From assembly GCA_943371025.1 (NCBI GenBank), contig CALRTC020000013.1, positions 4,292 through 68,291 of the forward strand: a DNA stretch of 64,000 nt. The letters run 5' to 3'. Made by a program: the position numbers and the translations under genes. Below the pieces are notes generated by a model that saw nothing but the letters and a program-made list of their open reading frames with translations, was not told the origin of the DNA and did no database searches. This document shows, one piece after another, positions 39,629 to 48,754 of this stretch. This DNA comes from Hydrogenophaga intermedia. GTDB taxonomy: Bacteria; Pseudomonadota; Alphaproteobacteria; Azospirillales; Azospirillaceae. Position 1 is the first letter of the stretch. Each line of letters starts with the position of its first letter.

Positions 39629-40864
39629 ATGCGCTTCCTGCACGCTGCCGACATCCATCTGGACAGCCCGCTGCTGGGCCTTTCCGCCCGCGCCGGGCAT
39701 CGGGCCGACCGCCTGGTGGGGGCCACCCGCCGGGCGCTGGCCCGTCTGGTCGATCTGGCGGTAGAGGAGGAGGTCGCCTTCCTGATCATTGCCGGCGACC
39801 TTTACGATGGCGACTGGCGCGATTTCCAGACGGGGCTTTATTTCGCCGAACAGATGGCCCGGCTGGAACGGGCAGGCATCCCGGTCTTTCTGCTGCGTGG
39901 CAACCATGATGCCGAAAGCACCATGACGCGGCGCCTATCGCTGCCGCCCAATGTGCAGGTATTTGACCATAAGAAGCCGCAGAGCTTCCGGCGCGACGAT
40001 CTGGGCGTCGTCCTGCACGGACGCAGCTTTCATACCCGCGATGTCACCGACAATCTGGCGGCCACATACCCCGCCCCGGTGGCCGGTCTGCTGAATATCG
40101 GCGTGCTGCACACGGCCCTGGACGGCAGGCCGCCGCATGCGCGCTACGCGCCCTGTTCACCCGCCGATCTGAAGGCCAAGGGATATGATTACTGGGCGCT
40201 GGGCCATGTGCATGAACGCGCCATCATTGACCGCGACCCCTGGATCGTCTTCCCCGGCAATCTGCAGGGCCGCCACGCCAATGAAACGGGGGCGAAGGGC
40301 GCCACCCTGGTCACGGCCGACCGGGGATGCATCCTGGATGCCGCGCATGTCGTGCTGGACGATGTACGCTGGGCCCGGGTTGAGGTCGATCTGAAAGGAT
40401 GCGTCGGCGAAGCGGAGATGGCCGATCGCATCGTGACGGCCCTGTCCAGCGCTCGCGATGATGCCGGTGACCGCACGCTGGCCGCCCGCCTGATCCTGAC
40501 GGGACGCACAGCACTGCACCGCCGGCTGAAGGCAGATGCCGCCCGCCTGGACGCTGAAGCGGAACTGGCGGCGGCACGGGCCGGCGGCGATATCTGGATC
40601 GAGCGTGTGTCCGTCCATACCCAGGATCAGGCCGATGCGCCGACCCTGTCGGGCGACGCGCTGGCGGAACTGACATCCGTGCTGCGCAGCCTGCGTGACG
40701 ATCCCCACGCCCTGGCGCCCCTGCTGGACGATATCGCCCAGTTGAAGACCCGCCTGCCCGAGGCGGCGCTGGCCGGCCTGGAACTGGATGGCGAGGGGGC
40801 ACTGACGGCGCTGCTGGATGACGCAGAGGCGCTGCTGCTGGACCGGATGGCGGGGGAAGGCTGA
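39629..40864 (+). CDS. Metallophosphoesterase nuclease, SbcD/Mre11/YhaO-like
   Basis: Calcineurin-like phosphoesterase motifs are all present: HAADIHLD, AGDLYDG, RGNHD, VLHT, GHVHERA. Confidence 0.85.
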   Translation: MRFLHAADIHLDSPLLGLSARAGHRADRLVGATRRALARLVDLAVEEEVAFLIIAGDLYDGDWRDFQTGLYFAEQMARLERAGIPVFLLRGNHDAESTMTRRLSLPPNVQVFDHKKPQSFRRDDLGVVLHGRSFHTRDVTDNLAATYPAPVAGLLNIGVLHTALDGRPPHARYAPCSPADLKAKGYDYWALGHVHERAIIDRDPWIVFPGNLQGRHANETGAKGATLVTADRGCILDAAHVVLDDVRWARVEVDLKGCVGEAEMADRIVTALSSARDDAGDRTLAARLILTGRTALHRRLKADAARLDAEAELAAARAGGDIWIERVSVHTQDQADAPTLSGDALAELTSVLRSLRDDPHALAPLLDDIAQLKTRLPEAALAGLELDGEGALTALLDDAEALLLDRMAGEG

Positions 40865-43800
40865 TGCGCATCGACCGGCTGGATCTTGAACGCTACGGCC
40901 ATTTTGACGGGACCAGCCTGGACCTGTCGGCGGGCGATGTGCGCCTGCATATCGTGCATGGCCGGAACGAGGCGGGCAAGTCGACCGCCCTCTCCGCCAT
41001 CTGCGATCTGCTGTTCGGGGTGCCGGAACGGTCCGGCCTGGGCTTTCGCCATGGCAATAATGCCCTGCGCATCGGCGCGGCTCTGCGGCTGACCGATGGC
41101 AGCGTGCTGGAGGTGAAGCGGCGCAAGGGGCGGACGGCCACGCTGCTGGACGCCGATGGCGCCGCCCTGCCCGACAATCTGCTGGCCCCGCATCTGGGCG
41201 GGATCGACCGGGCGGGGTTTGAGCGGCTGTTCGGTCTGGATCATGAACGGCTGCGTCAGGGCGGCGACGCCATGCTGGCGGCCGGTGGCGATCTTGCCCA
41301 GACCCTGTTCCAGGTCGGGTCCGGCCTGTCGGGTCTTAAGGATGTCGCGGCCCGGCTGGTGCGTGACGCGGACGAGATCGGCAGTCCCCACCGCAAGCAG
41401 CAGTCCAAGCCGCTGTGGCAGGCGGTGGAGGCCCATGGCGAGGCGGCGGCCCGCATGCGCAACGAAGCGACCAGGGCTGACGCCTGGGACGCCGCCGTCG
41501 CGGCCGTGGAGACGACCCGCAGCCAGTTGACGGCCCTGCGTGAGGGGCTGTCGCAGGCGCAGATGGCGCGCAGCCGGCTGGAACGGTTGCGCCGCGTGCG
41601 TCCCCTGCTGGCGCGACTGGATGATCTGGCAGCAGCGCTGCTGGCCGCGGGCGACGGGCCGGATCTGCCCGACAGCCTGTTGGTCCAATGGCGTCAGGCG
41701 GAGGCCGGCCTGCTGTCGGCCGAACGGCAGGTGCAGACCGCCGGGGCCGAAGCGGATGCGGCGGCAGCAGCCCTGGCGGAGGCCGGCGAGGAGCCGGCCC
41801 TGCTGGCGCTCGCCGTCCCGATCGAAGCGCTGTATCAGCGGCAGGGAGAAATCGCCAAGGCCCGCGCCGACCTGCCCCGCCGCCGGCAGGACCGCGATCA
41901 GGCGCTGCATCGGCTGGAACGGGCGGCGCGTGATATCGGTCTGCCGCCCGATCTGGAGCGGTTGGGCCGAAATGTGCCTGACCGGCTGCTGGTCGCCCGT
42001 ATCCGCGACCGGGTGAAGGCCCATGCGCGCCTGGACCAATCGCTGGCCGACATCCGGCGGCGCGAAGAAATGGCTGCCGCCGCGGCCCGTCAGGCCGAAC
42101 GCCAGCACGGTCCCGACGCACCCGACCCGTACGACCTGTCCGCTGCGGAGGCCGCCTTCACGGCGGCCCAGCGTCTGGGCGAGGTGGAGTTGCGGCTGGC
42201 CCGGGCGGAGCGGGCGCAGGCCGAGGGCCGCGGACGGCTGACGCAGGCCGTGGCCCGGCTGGGCCGATATGCCCACGATGCTGACCGCCTGGCCTGCCTG
42301 CCCCTACCTGCATCCGATGCCGTCGAACAGCAGCGTCAGCGTGAAGTGTCGCTGGAGGCCAAGCGCCTGCGTCTGGCCGAGGATCGCCGGCAACTGGAGG
42401 AAGAAGCCCGTCGCCATCGCCAGACCCTGCGCGAATTGAAGGCGGATGGTGAAGTGCCGACCCCGGCGGCGATCGCCGAAGCCCGGCGTCAGCGCGATCT
42501 GTCCTGGGCGGGCTTGCGTCCGCTGCTGGACAGCGGCGGAAAGGCTCCGGCCGATGCAGTCCCGGCATTCGAACACAGCCTGCGCACCGCCGACCTGCTG
42601 GCCGACCAGCGGGAGCAGGAAGCGACGCGGGTCGCCCGCTTTGTCCGTGCCGAAAGCGATCTGGCGATGTGCCTGGAGCGGCTGGACGATCTGGACGGTG
42701 ACGCCGCACAGCTGGAGACGGCCGCCGCCGCACTGGCGGCGGAATGGACGGGCATGTGGCGTCCATCGGGGATCGAGCCCGGTGGACCAGCGGAAATGGC
42801 GGCGTTTCTGACCCAGGCCGCCGCCGTGCTGGCCACGCGGGAACAGCAGGGGCAACTGGTCGAGGCCGTAGAGGCGTTGACGGCCGAGGAAGAACAGTGC
42901 CGCCGCCACCTGACACAGGTATTGACCTTGTGCGGCGTGGCCGTCCCGGTGGACGGCACCCTGTCCGTGCTGCGCACCCAGGCCGAAGCCGCGGTGACCC
43001 GGGCCCGGCAGGCCAGCGACGCCGCCGCCCGGACGGCACAGGAACGCCAGCGCACAATTCTGGCGCTGGAGCAGGCCCGTGCCGATCATGACCAGGCCCT
43101 GGCCGACCTGACCGCCTGGCGTGACGGCTGGGCTGCCGATATGGACGCTATCGGTCTTTCTCCGCAATCCGGCCCGGCAGAAGCGGAAGCCGCCCTCAGC
43201 ACCTGGGAGGATATCGCCGGAGAGTTGAGGGAGCTGCACGGGCTGGATCATCGCATCGTGGCGCTGGAGAAGGACATCGCACTCTATGTCGCCGAGACGC
43301 AGGCGGTGACGGTGGAGGCTATGCGCCTGTCCCCCCGTCTCGACCTGCCGGATGATGTCCAGTTGCTGCCCGCTGCCCTGTTCAGCACCCTTGCCGCTGC
43401 GCGGGAGCAGGCCGCCCGCCGGCAGGTACTGGCGCAGCGCCACGACAGGGCGCGGGAGGCGTTGCAGATCGCGGAGCAGGACCTGTCCCGTTGCCGCGAT
43501 GCACTGTCGGACCTGCGCCGTCTGCACCGGCTTTCGGTGGAAGATGACGTGGCGGCTCTGGTTACCGCCGCGGGCAACCGCCGCACGCTGAAGCGACAGG
43601 AAGCCGCCCTGCTGGCTGAACTGGCCCAGGCCGGTGATGGAATTGACCCGGCGCAGCTGCGGGCCGATGTGGCCGATATCGACCCCGATGCCACCACGGC
43701 GGAGGCGACAGTGCTGGCCGCGGAGATTGACCGGGCGCAGGCCGACCTGCCGGAGGTATCAGCCCGGCTGCGCGATGCGGAACGTACGCTGGAGGAACTG

Positions 43801-44364
43801 CGCCAACGGGCCGGTATCGGCGGAGCGGCCCAGGACGCGGCCGATGCCGCGGCGCGGGCGGCAGCGGCGGCCGGACGCTGGCTGCGGCTGCGCGCAGCCT
43901 CGCTGCTGCTGTCGCAGGCGGTTGAGCGTTATCGGGACCGCAACGAACATCCGCTGCTGATCCGCGCCGGGCAGATCCTGGCGGCCATGGCGGCCACGGG
44001 CGGCAACCCGATCCAGCGGCTGAAGGTCGATTATGGCGACGCCGACCACCCCGTGCTGGTGGGTGTGCGCGCCGACCGCAGCGATCTGGGCGTGGAAGGG
44101 ATGAGCGAGGGCACGCGCGACCAGCTTTACCTGGCCCTGCGCATCGCGGCCGTGGAGGCGCATGTGCGCCAGTCCACCCCCCTGCCCTTCGTGGCCGATG
44201 ATCTGTTCATCACGTCGGACGAGGCGCGCACGGCGGCCGGGCTGCGGGCGCTGGCCGAGCTGGGCAGCGCCACACAGGTGGTGCTGTTCACCCACCATGA
44301 ATATGTGGTGCAGGCGGCATCGGCCACCCTGGGCGACGCCGCCTGCATCCATCGGCTGGCCTGA
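40864..44364 (+). CDS. Rad50/SbcC-like coiled-coil AAA ATPase, YhaN-like, 1166 aa
   Basis: The start overlaps the nuclease stop (TGATG). Walker A GRNEAGKSTAL. About 900 aa of Ala/Leu/Glu/Arg/Gln-rich predicted coiled coil. Signature MSEGTRDQLYLALRIA, Walker B LPFVADDLF, H-loop VVLFTHH. Confidence 0.85.
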   Translation: MRIDRLDLERYGHFDGTSLDLSAGDVRLHIVHGRNEAGKSTALSAICDLLFGVPERSGLGFRHGNNALRIGAALRLTDGSVLEVKRRKGRTATLLDADGAALPDNLLAPHLGGIDRAGFERLFGLDHERLRQGGDAMLAAGGDLAQTLFQVGSGLSGLKDVAARLVRDADEIGSPHRKQQSKPLWQAVEAHGEAAARMRNEATRADAWDAAVAAVETTRSQLTALREGLSQAQMARSRLERLRRVRPLLARLDDLAAALLAAGDGPDLPDSLLVQWRQAEAGLLSAERQVQTAGAEADAAAAALAEAGEEPALLALAVPIEALYQRQGEIAKARADLPRRRQDRDQALHRLERAARDIGLPPDLERLGRNVPDRLLVARIRDRVKAHARLDQSLADIRRREEMAAAAARQAERQHGPDAPDPYDLSAAEAAFTAAQRLGEVELRLARAERAQAEGRGRLTQAVARLGRYAHDADRLACLPLPASDAVEQQRQREVSLEAKRLRLAEDRRQLEEEARRHRQTLRELKADGEVPTPAAIAEARRQRDLSWAGLRPLLDSGGKAPADAVPAFEHSLRTADLLADQREQEATRVARFVRAESDLAMCLERLDDLDGDAAQLETAAAALAAEWTGMWRPSGIEPGGPAEMAAFLTQAAAVLATREQQGQLVEAVEALTAEEEQCRRHLTQVLTLCGVAVPVDGTLSVLRTQAEAAVTRARQASDAAARTAQERQRTILALEQARADHDQALADLTAWRDGWAADMDAIGLSPQSGPAEAEAALSTWEDIAGELRELHGLDHRIVALEKDIALYVAETQAVTVEAMRLSPRLDLPDDVQLLPAALFSTLAAAREQAARRQVLAQRHDRAREALQIAEQDLSRCRDALSDLRRLHRLSVEDDVAALVTAAGNRRTLKRQEAALLAELAQAGDGIDPAQLRADVADIDPDATTAEATVLAAEIDRAQADLPEVSARLRDAERTLEELRQRAGIGGAAQDAADAAARAAAAAGRWLRLRAASLLLSQAVERYRDRNEHPLLIRAGQILAAMAATGGNPIQRLKVDYGDADHPVLVGVRADRSDLGVEGMSEGTRDQLYLALRIAAVEAHVRQSTPLPFVADDLFITSDEARTAAGLRALAELGSATQVVLFTHHEYVVQAASATLGDAACIHRLA

Positions 44365-44369
44365 TTGCG

Positions 44370-45893
44370 TCAGGCGGGCTTGATCCCCTGCGCATAGGTG
44401 AAGAAGGAGGCTGGGTCGACCTCCCGTTTTACCTGCTGCAGGCGGGCATAGTTGGCGCCGTAATAATCCTTCGACCAGTTGGCCAGACTGGGGTCGGGGA
44501 AGTTCTGGTAGGCGCCGACCGCGCCTGTGCTTTTGTTGGCGATCTCATAAAACAGGTTCTGCCAGTTCAGGTTCTCGGCGATCCGTTCCTTGCTGTCGGT
44601 GGGCACCCACCAGTTGGCTTCCACCGAGAACAGCCAGTCATAACCACGATGGACATAGGCCGTGGCGTCGGCCTTCACGTCATTCACCGCACCGCCCGCC
44701 TGGAAGAATTTGAAGGCCACCGGCATGGCCGTGCCCGGCTGTTTGGCCGCGGCGGCGAACATGGCGGCCACAGAGTCCTTGGTAATCCCCTTGGCCAGCA
44801 TGTAGCTGGACTTCTCCTGATAATAATAGGGGAAGGTCGCCTCGCTCAGATAATCCTGTGCGGCCCAATAGGGGATGTCCTTATGGAGGAACTTCTTTTC
44901 CGTCACCTTCCACAGGTCGCCGAAAATCCCCTCCAGCGTCTTGCCGGTCCCGGAATGCAGCTGCGCCAGGATGGAGATGGACATGCCGGTTCCCTGGCAA
45001 CGCTGCGCCAGGCTGGGCAGGGTGACGCTGATCTTGCTGCCGAACTCGTTGGGTTCGTTGGGCAAGGTGGTCAGCAGCGTGTGGAGCACCTTTTCCAGAT
45101 CCTTGGTCCAGATCAGTTCACACACCGACACCTTGTCGACGGGGAAGGTCTGCAGGGTAAAGCCGGTATTGATGCCGAAATTGCCACCGGCGCCGCCACG
45201 GCAGGCCCAGAACAGGTTCTTGTCATTGCTGTCGTCCGCCAGATGCACGGCACCGTCTGCCGTCACCAGCTCAGTTGACCGCAGCAGGTCCGACCCGACG
45301 CCATAGCGGCGCATGTTGAAGCCGATGCCGCCACCCAGCAGGAAGCCGGCCGCCCCCACGGCGTCGCAACGCCCATGGGTGACCGTGCGGCCGATGCGTT
45401 CCAGTTGCTTGTAGACGATGGAATTCAGCGTACCGCCCTTGACCAGGACAGTGCCCTTCGCCTTGTCGATGACCTCCACGCCGGTCATCAGCGACATGTC
45501 GATCAACAGGCCCTTGGTCGCTGAATAGCCCGCGTAATTGTGGCCGCCGGACCGCACCGCGAAAGGCAGCCCCATCTTCTTCACCCAGGCGATCGCAGCC
45601 TGGACATCCGTGGCGGTGACGCAGCGGGCAATCCCTTCCGGCAGCAGATCGTAGCGCAGATTGTTGGGCCGGCACACATCCGCGAAGAACGGATCGCCGG
45701 GGCGCAGGACGCCGCCGCTGACCTGCTTGGCCAGATCCGACCACGCGGAGGGCGGCGGGCAGGCAGCACCCCCCGCCAGCGCATCCGCCGCCATGGCGGC
45801 AGCCGGTGTCATGGCTGCTACCTCTGCCGCCACGGCGAAACGGCCTACCCCCACCAGGAAATTACGACGCGACGGCTCAACGGTACGTAGCAT
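44370..45893 (-). CDS. Tat-exported FAD-linked oxidase with a berberine-bridge-enzyme-like C-terminus
   Basis: ORF 44370..45908. The ATG at 45893 gives MLRTVEPSRRNFLVGVG (twin-arginine signal). FAD_binding_4 type VRSGGHNYAGYS...GGGIGFNMRRYG. BBE-type end YQNFPDPSL.NW...YYGANYARLQQVKREVDP...F. Confidence 0.85.
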   Translation of the reverse strand: MLRTVEPSRRNFLVGVGRFAVAAEVAAMTPAAAMAADALAGGAACPPPSAWSDLAKQVSGGVLRPGDPFFADVCRPNNLRYDLLPEGIARCVTATDVQAAIAWVKKMGLPFAVRSGGHNYAGYSATKGLLIDMSLMTGVEVIDKAKGTVLVKGGTLNSIVYKQLERIGRTVTHGRCDAVGAAGFLLGGGIGFNMRRYGVGSDLLRSTELVTADGAVHLADDSNDKNLFWACRGGAGGNFGINTGFTLQTFPVDKVSVCELIWTKDLEKVLHTLLTTLPNEPNEFGSKISVTLPSLAQRCQGTGMSISILAQLHSGTGKTLEGIFGDLWKVTEKKFLHKDIPYWAAQDYLSEATFPYYYQEKSSYMLAKGITKDSVAAMFAAAAKQPGTAMPVAFKFFQAGGAVNDVKADATAYVHRGYDWLFSVEANWWVPTDSKERIAENLNWQNLFYEIANKSTGAVGAYQNFPDPSLANWSKDYYGANYARLQQVKREVDPASFFTYAQGIKPA

Positions 45894-46344
45894 GGCTGTC
45901 CCTCCCAAATTATCTTTTAATCTTATAAGGGCATATGACTAACCGGTCAACTTGACCGTGTAGGGCATAGGATAGTTGCTAGTTTTCGGGGCGCCGTCCC
46001 GATTCCCGGTTAGATGGTGGCTGATGCCATACAGCACCATATAGATTGTATATTGTGGGGCATGCGGACCTAACGAAATGACAATTCCAGGCCAGTTCGG
46101 ATGGCCCTGGATTATCAGAGCCAAAGACAGGAGATAGACCCAATATAATGGTTAATTATAAAGAGATTTATGTTAACCATTTCTGTAAAATATTCCAGTA
46201 GCGAACGCCTGCACATGAAATGATCACGATCATGTAATAAATATTGCCCGAGCACGTCATCTTTACGCGGTAGAGGGGCCTCATCGCCTTTTCAGTCGCG
46301 GCGCGTTCTCGCGTCGTTGGCACCCATTGCAATGAGAAGACAAA

Positions 46345-48744
46345 ATGAAGCTTCGCTCCGGCACTGCCCTGGTCGCGCTGTCGCTGACGGCCATGCTGTC
46401 GCCCGCCCTGGCACAGCAGGCCGCCACCGGCTCCGAACTCCAGTTGGACGAAATTATCGTCACCGGCACGCGCAAGGCGCAGCGGACGGCGTTCGACACG
46501 CTGGCCCCGGTGGACGTGATCGGTGGCGGCACCATCGACCAGACGGTGTCGAGCGAGCTGGTGGATGCGCTGGCCCAGTCCATCCCGTCCTTCAACGTAC
46601 AGCGTCTGCCGGCCAATGACGGCCTAGCCTTTGTCCGCCCGGCCACGCTGCGCGGCCTGTCGCCGGACCAGACGCTGGTCCTGGTCAATGGCAAGCGCCG
46701 GCACCGGTCGGCCCTGCTGGGCAATCGCGGTGCGCAGGGGGCCGATCTGGCCCAGATTCCGTCCTTCGCCATCAAGCGGATCGAGGTACTGCGCGACGGT
46801 GCCGCCGCCCAGTACGGATCGGACGCGATTGCCGGCGTCGTCAACATCATCCTGGATGACCAGCCGGGCGTGCAGGCCTTCAGCCAATATTCCAAATATT
46901 ATGAAGGCGATGGCGAGAACTGGCAGGCCGGCGCCCAGGCCGGCTGGGAAATCGGCCAGGGCGGGCATGTGACCGGCACGGTGGAATGGAACAAGTCCGA
47001 CGCCACGTCGCGCACGCGCCAACGCCCCGACGCCATCACCTTCCAGCAGGCCAACCCCACCCTGTCCGTGCCCAACCCGGTACAGCGCTGGGGCCAGCCG
47101 GAGTTGGAGACGGTGCGTCTGGCGCTCGACAGCGCCCTGCCGATCAATGATGACGGCGCGGAGGCCTATCTGTTCGGCACCTATGGTCAGGGCGACGGCT
47201 GGACCGACTTCAACTGGCGCAACCCGGCCAGCACCAGCAATGTCTATAAGAATACCAGCCTGTTCCCCGGCTGGAACGCCAGCCAGGTCTATCCCACCGG
47301 CTTCACCCCCCGCTTCGGGCAGGAGGATGAGGATGTCAGCGTGACCGGTGGCGTGCGCGGCGACATCGCGCAGGGCCTGCATGCCGATCTCTCCACCTCG
47401 TTCGGACGCAACCGCATCGATTACAAGATGAAGGAGAGCATCAATGCCTCCATGGGGCCGTCCAGCCCCACCAGCTTCGATGACGGGTCGCTGATTCAGG
47501 AAGAAAAGAATATCAATCTGGATTTCGTCTATGACTGGGATACGGGCGCGCTGTCCGGCCCCGTCAATGTCGCTTTCGGCGGGGAGCGGCGCGAGGAGAC
47601 CTATGAGATCAAGGCCGGCGACCGTGCCTCCTGGCTGGTCGGGCCCGGCGCATCCGTCGGGTTGGCCACCGGGTCAAACGGTTTCCCCGGTTACAGCCCC
47701 GAACAGGCCGGCAGCTTTGACCAGACTTCCTATGCCGGCTATGTCGATGTGGAAGCGCCGCTGACCAGCATCTGGACCGTCGGCATCGCCGGCCGGTATG
47801 AGGATTTCTCCGAATTCGGCCATACGACGGACGGCAAGATTTCCACCCGCGTCGAGATTCTGCCGGAACTGGCGCTGCGCGGATCGGCCTCCACCGGCTT
47901 CCGTGCGCCGACGCCGGGCCAGGCCAACAGCACCCGCACCTCGCAGGGGCTGGATACGGTGACGTTGAACACCTTCACGTCAGGCCGGCTGTCGCCATCC
48001 AACCCGGTGGCCCAGTATTTCGGCGCCAAGCCGCTGAAGCCGGAGCAGTCGACCAACCTGTCGGCCGGTCTGGCCTTCCAAAATGGTGACGGGCTGTCGC
48101 TGACGGCTGATCTGTACCAGATCAAGCTGACCGACCGGTTCAGCCAGTCGGCCAGCTTCACCGTCACCCCGGCCGTGCGCGCGCAACTGATCGCGCTGGG
48201 AGTGCCGGGGGCGAATACCTTCACCTCCGTCAGCTTCTTCACCAATGATTTCGATACGCGCACACGCGGCATCGATCTGGTCGGCACCTATTCCCTGCCC
48301 GTGGCCGATGGCACGCTGCATTTGTCGGCGGCCTACAACTACAACCAGACCAAGGTGGTCGGCGGGTCGCTGGAAGCCAGCGCCACCCAGCGCCGCCTGT
48401 TCGAGGAAGGGCTGCCCAAGCACAATGCCAGCCTGTCGGCCGAATATCGCTGGGACGCGTTCAGCCTGCTGGCCAAGATGCGCTATTACGGCCAATGGAC
48501 GGACAGTTCCGGCAATGCCACGGGCGACATCTTCCAGACCTTCGGGTCGGAAAGCTTCGTCGATCTGGCCGCCACCTGGGATGTCACCGATGCCCTGTCG
48601 GTGCGGGTGGGGGCCGAGAATATCTTCGACGCCTATCCGGACGAGGCGACGTTCCAGGCCAATCGCGGCCTGATCTATTCGCGCAACGCCCCCTATGACA
48701 CGGATGGCGGCCAGTATTATGTTCGTCTGGACGTGCGTTTCTGA
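46345..48744 (+). CDS. TonB-dependent outer-membrane receptor
   Basis: Signal peptide MKLRSGTALVALSLTAMLSPALAQQ. TonB box/plug LDEIIVTGTRKAQR...RGLSPDQTLVLVNGKRR...IEVLRDGAAAQYGSDAIAGVVNIIL. Terminal ...YYVRLDVRF. Confidence 0.88.
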   Translation: MKLRSGTALVALSLTAMLSPALAQQAATGSELQLDEIIVTGTRKAQRTAFDTLAPVDVIGGGTIDQTVSSELVDALAQSIPSFNVQRLPANDGLAFVRPATLRGLSPDQTLVLVNGKRRHRSALLGNRGAQGADLAQIPSFAIKRIEVLRDGAAAQYGSDAIAGVVNIILDDQPGVQAFSQYSKYYEGDGENWQAGAQAGWEIGQGGHVTGTVEWNKSDATSRTRQRPDAITFQQANPTLSVPNPVQRWGQPELETVRLALDSALPINDDGAEAYLFGTYGQGDGWTDFNWRNPASTSNVYKNTSLFPGWNASQVYPTGFTPRFGQEDEDVSVTGGVRGDIAQGLHADLSTSFGRNRIDYKMKESINASMGPSSPTSFDDGSLIQEEKNINLDFVYDWDTGALSGPVNVAFGGERREETYEIKAGDRASWLVGPGASVGLATGSNGFPGYSPEQAGSFDQTSYAGYVDVEAPLTSIWTVGIAGRYEDFSEFGHTTDGKISTRVEILPELALRGSASTGFRAPTPGQANSTRTSQGLDTVTLNTFTSGRLSPSNPVAQYFGAKPLKPEQSTNLSAGLAFQNGDGLSLTADLYQIKLTDRFSQSASFTVTPAVRAQLIALGVPGANTFTSVSFFTNDFDTRTRGIDLVGTYSLPVADGTLHLSAAYNYNQTKVVGGSLEASATQRRLFEEGLPKHNASLSAEYRWDAFSLLAKMRYYGQWTDSSGNATGDIFQTFGSESFVDLAATWDVTDALSVRVGAENIFDAYPDEATFQANRGLIYSRNAPYDTDGGQYYVRLDVRF

Positions 48745-48754
48745 TCGGACGGAC

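Noticed and set aside
45939-46124. 61-aa minus-strand ORF in the AT-rich region upstream of the FAD oxidase.
   Set aside because: Its composition is atypical, it has no RBS, and it lies in a probable promoter region. I treat it as non-coding.
46314-46330. Sigma-54 promoter-like string TTGGCACCCATTGCAAT just upstream of the receptor gene at 46345. Similar near-matches occur at 23175-23195 (CTGGCATGCTTGCC) and 14380-14395 (CTGGAATGTTTGCG).
   Set aside because: The GG and GC elements are 2-3 nt too close in each case. The -24/-12 spacing is essentially invariant, so I do not call these targets of the activator at 1886..3502.
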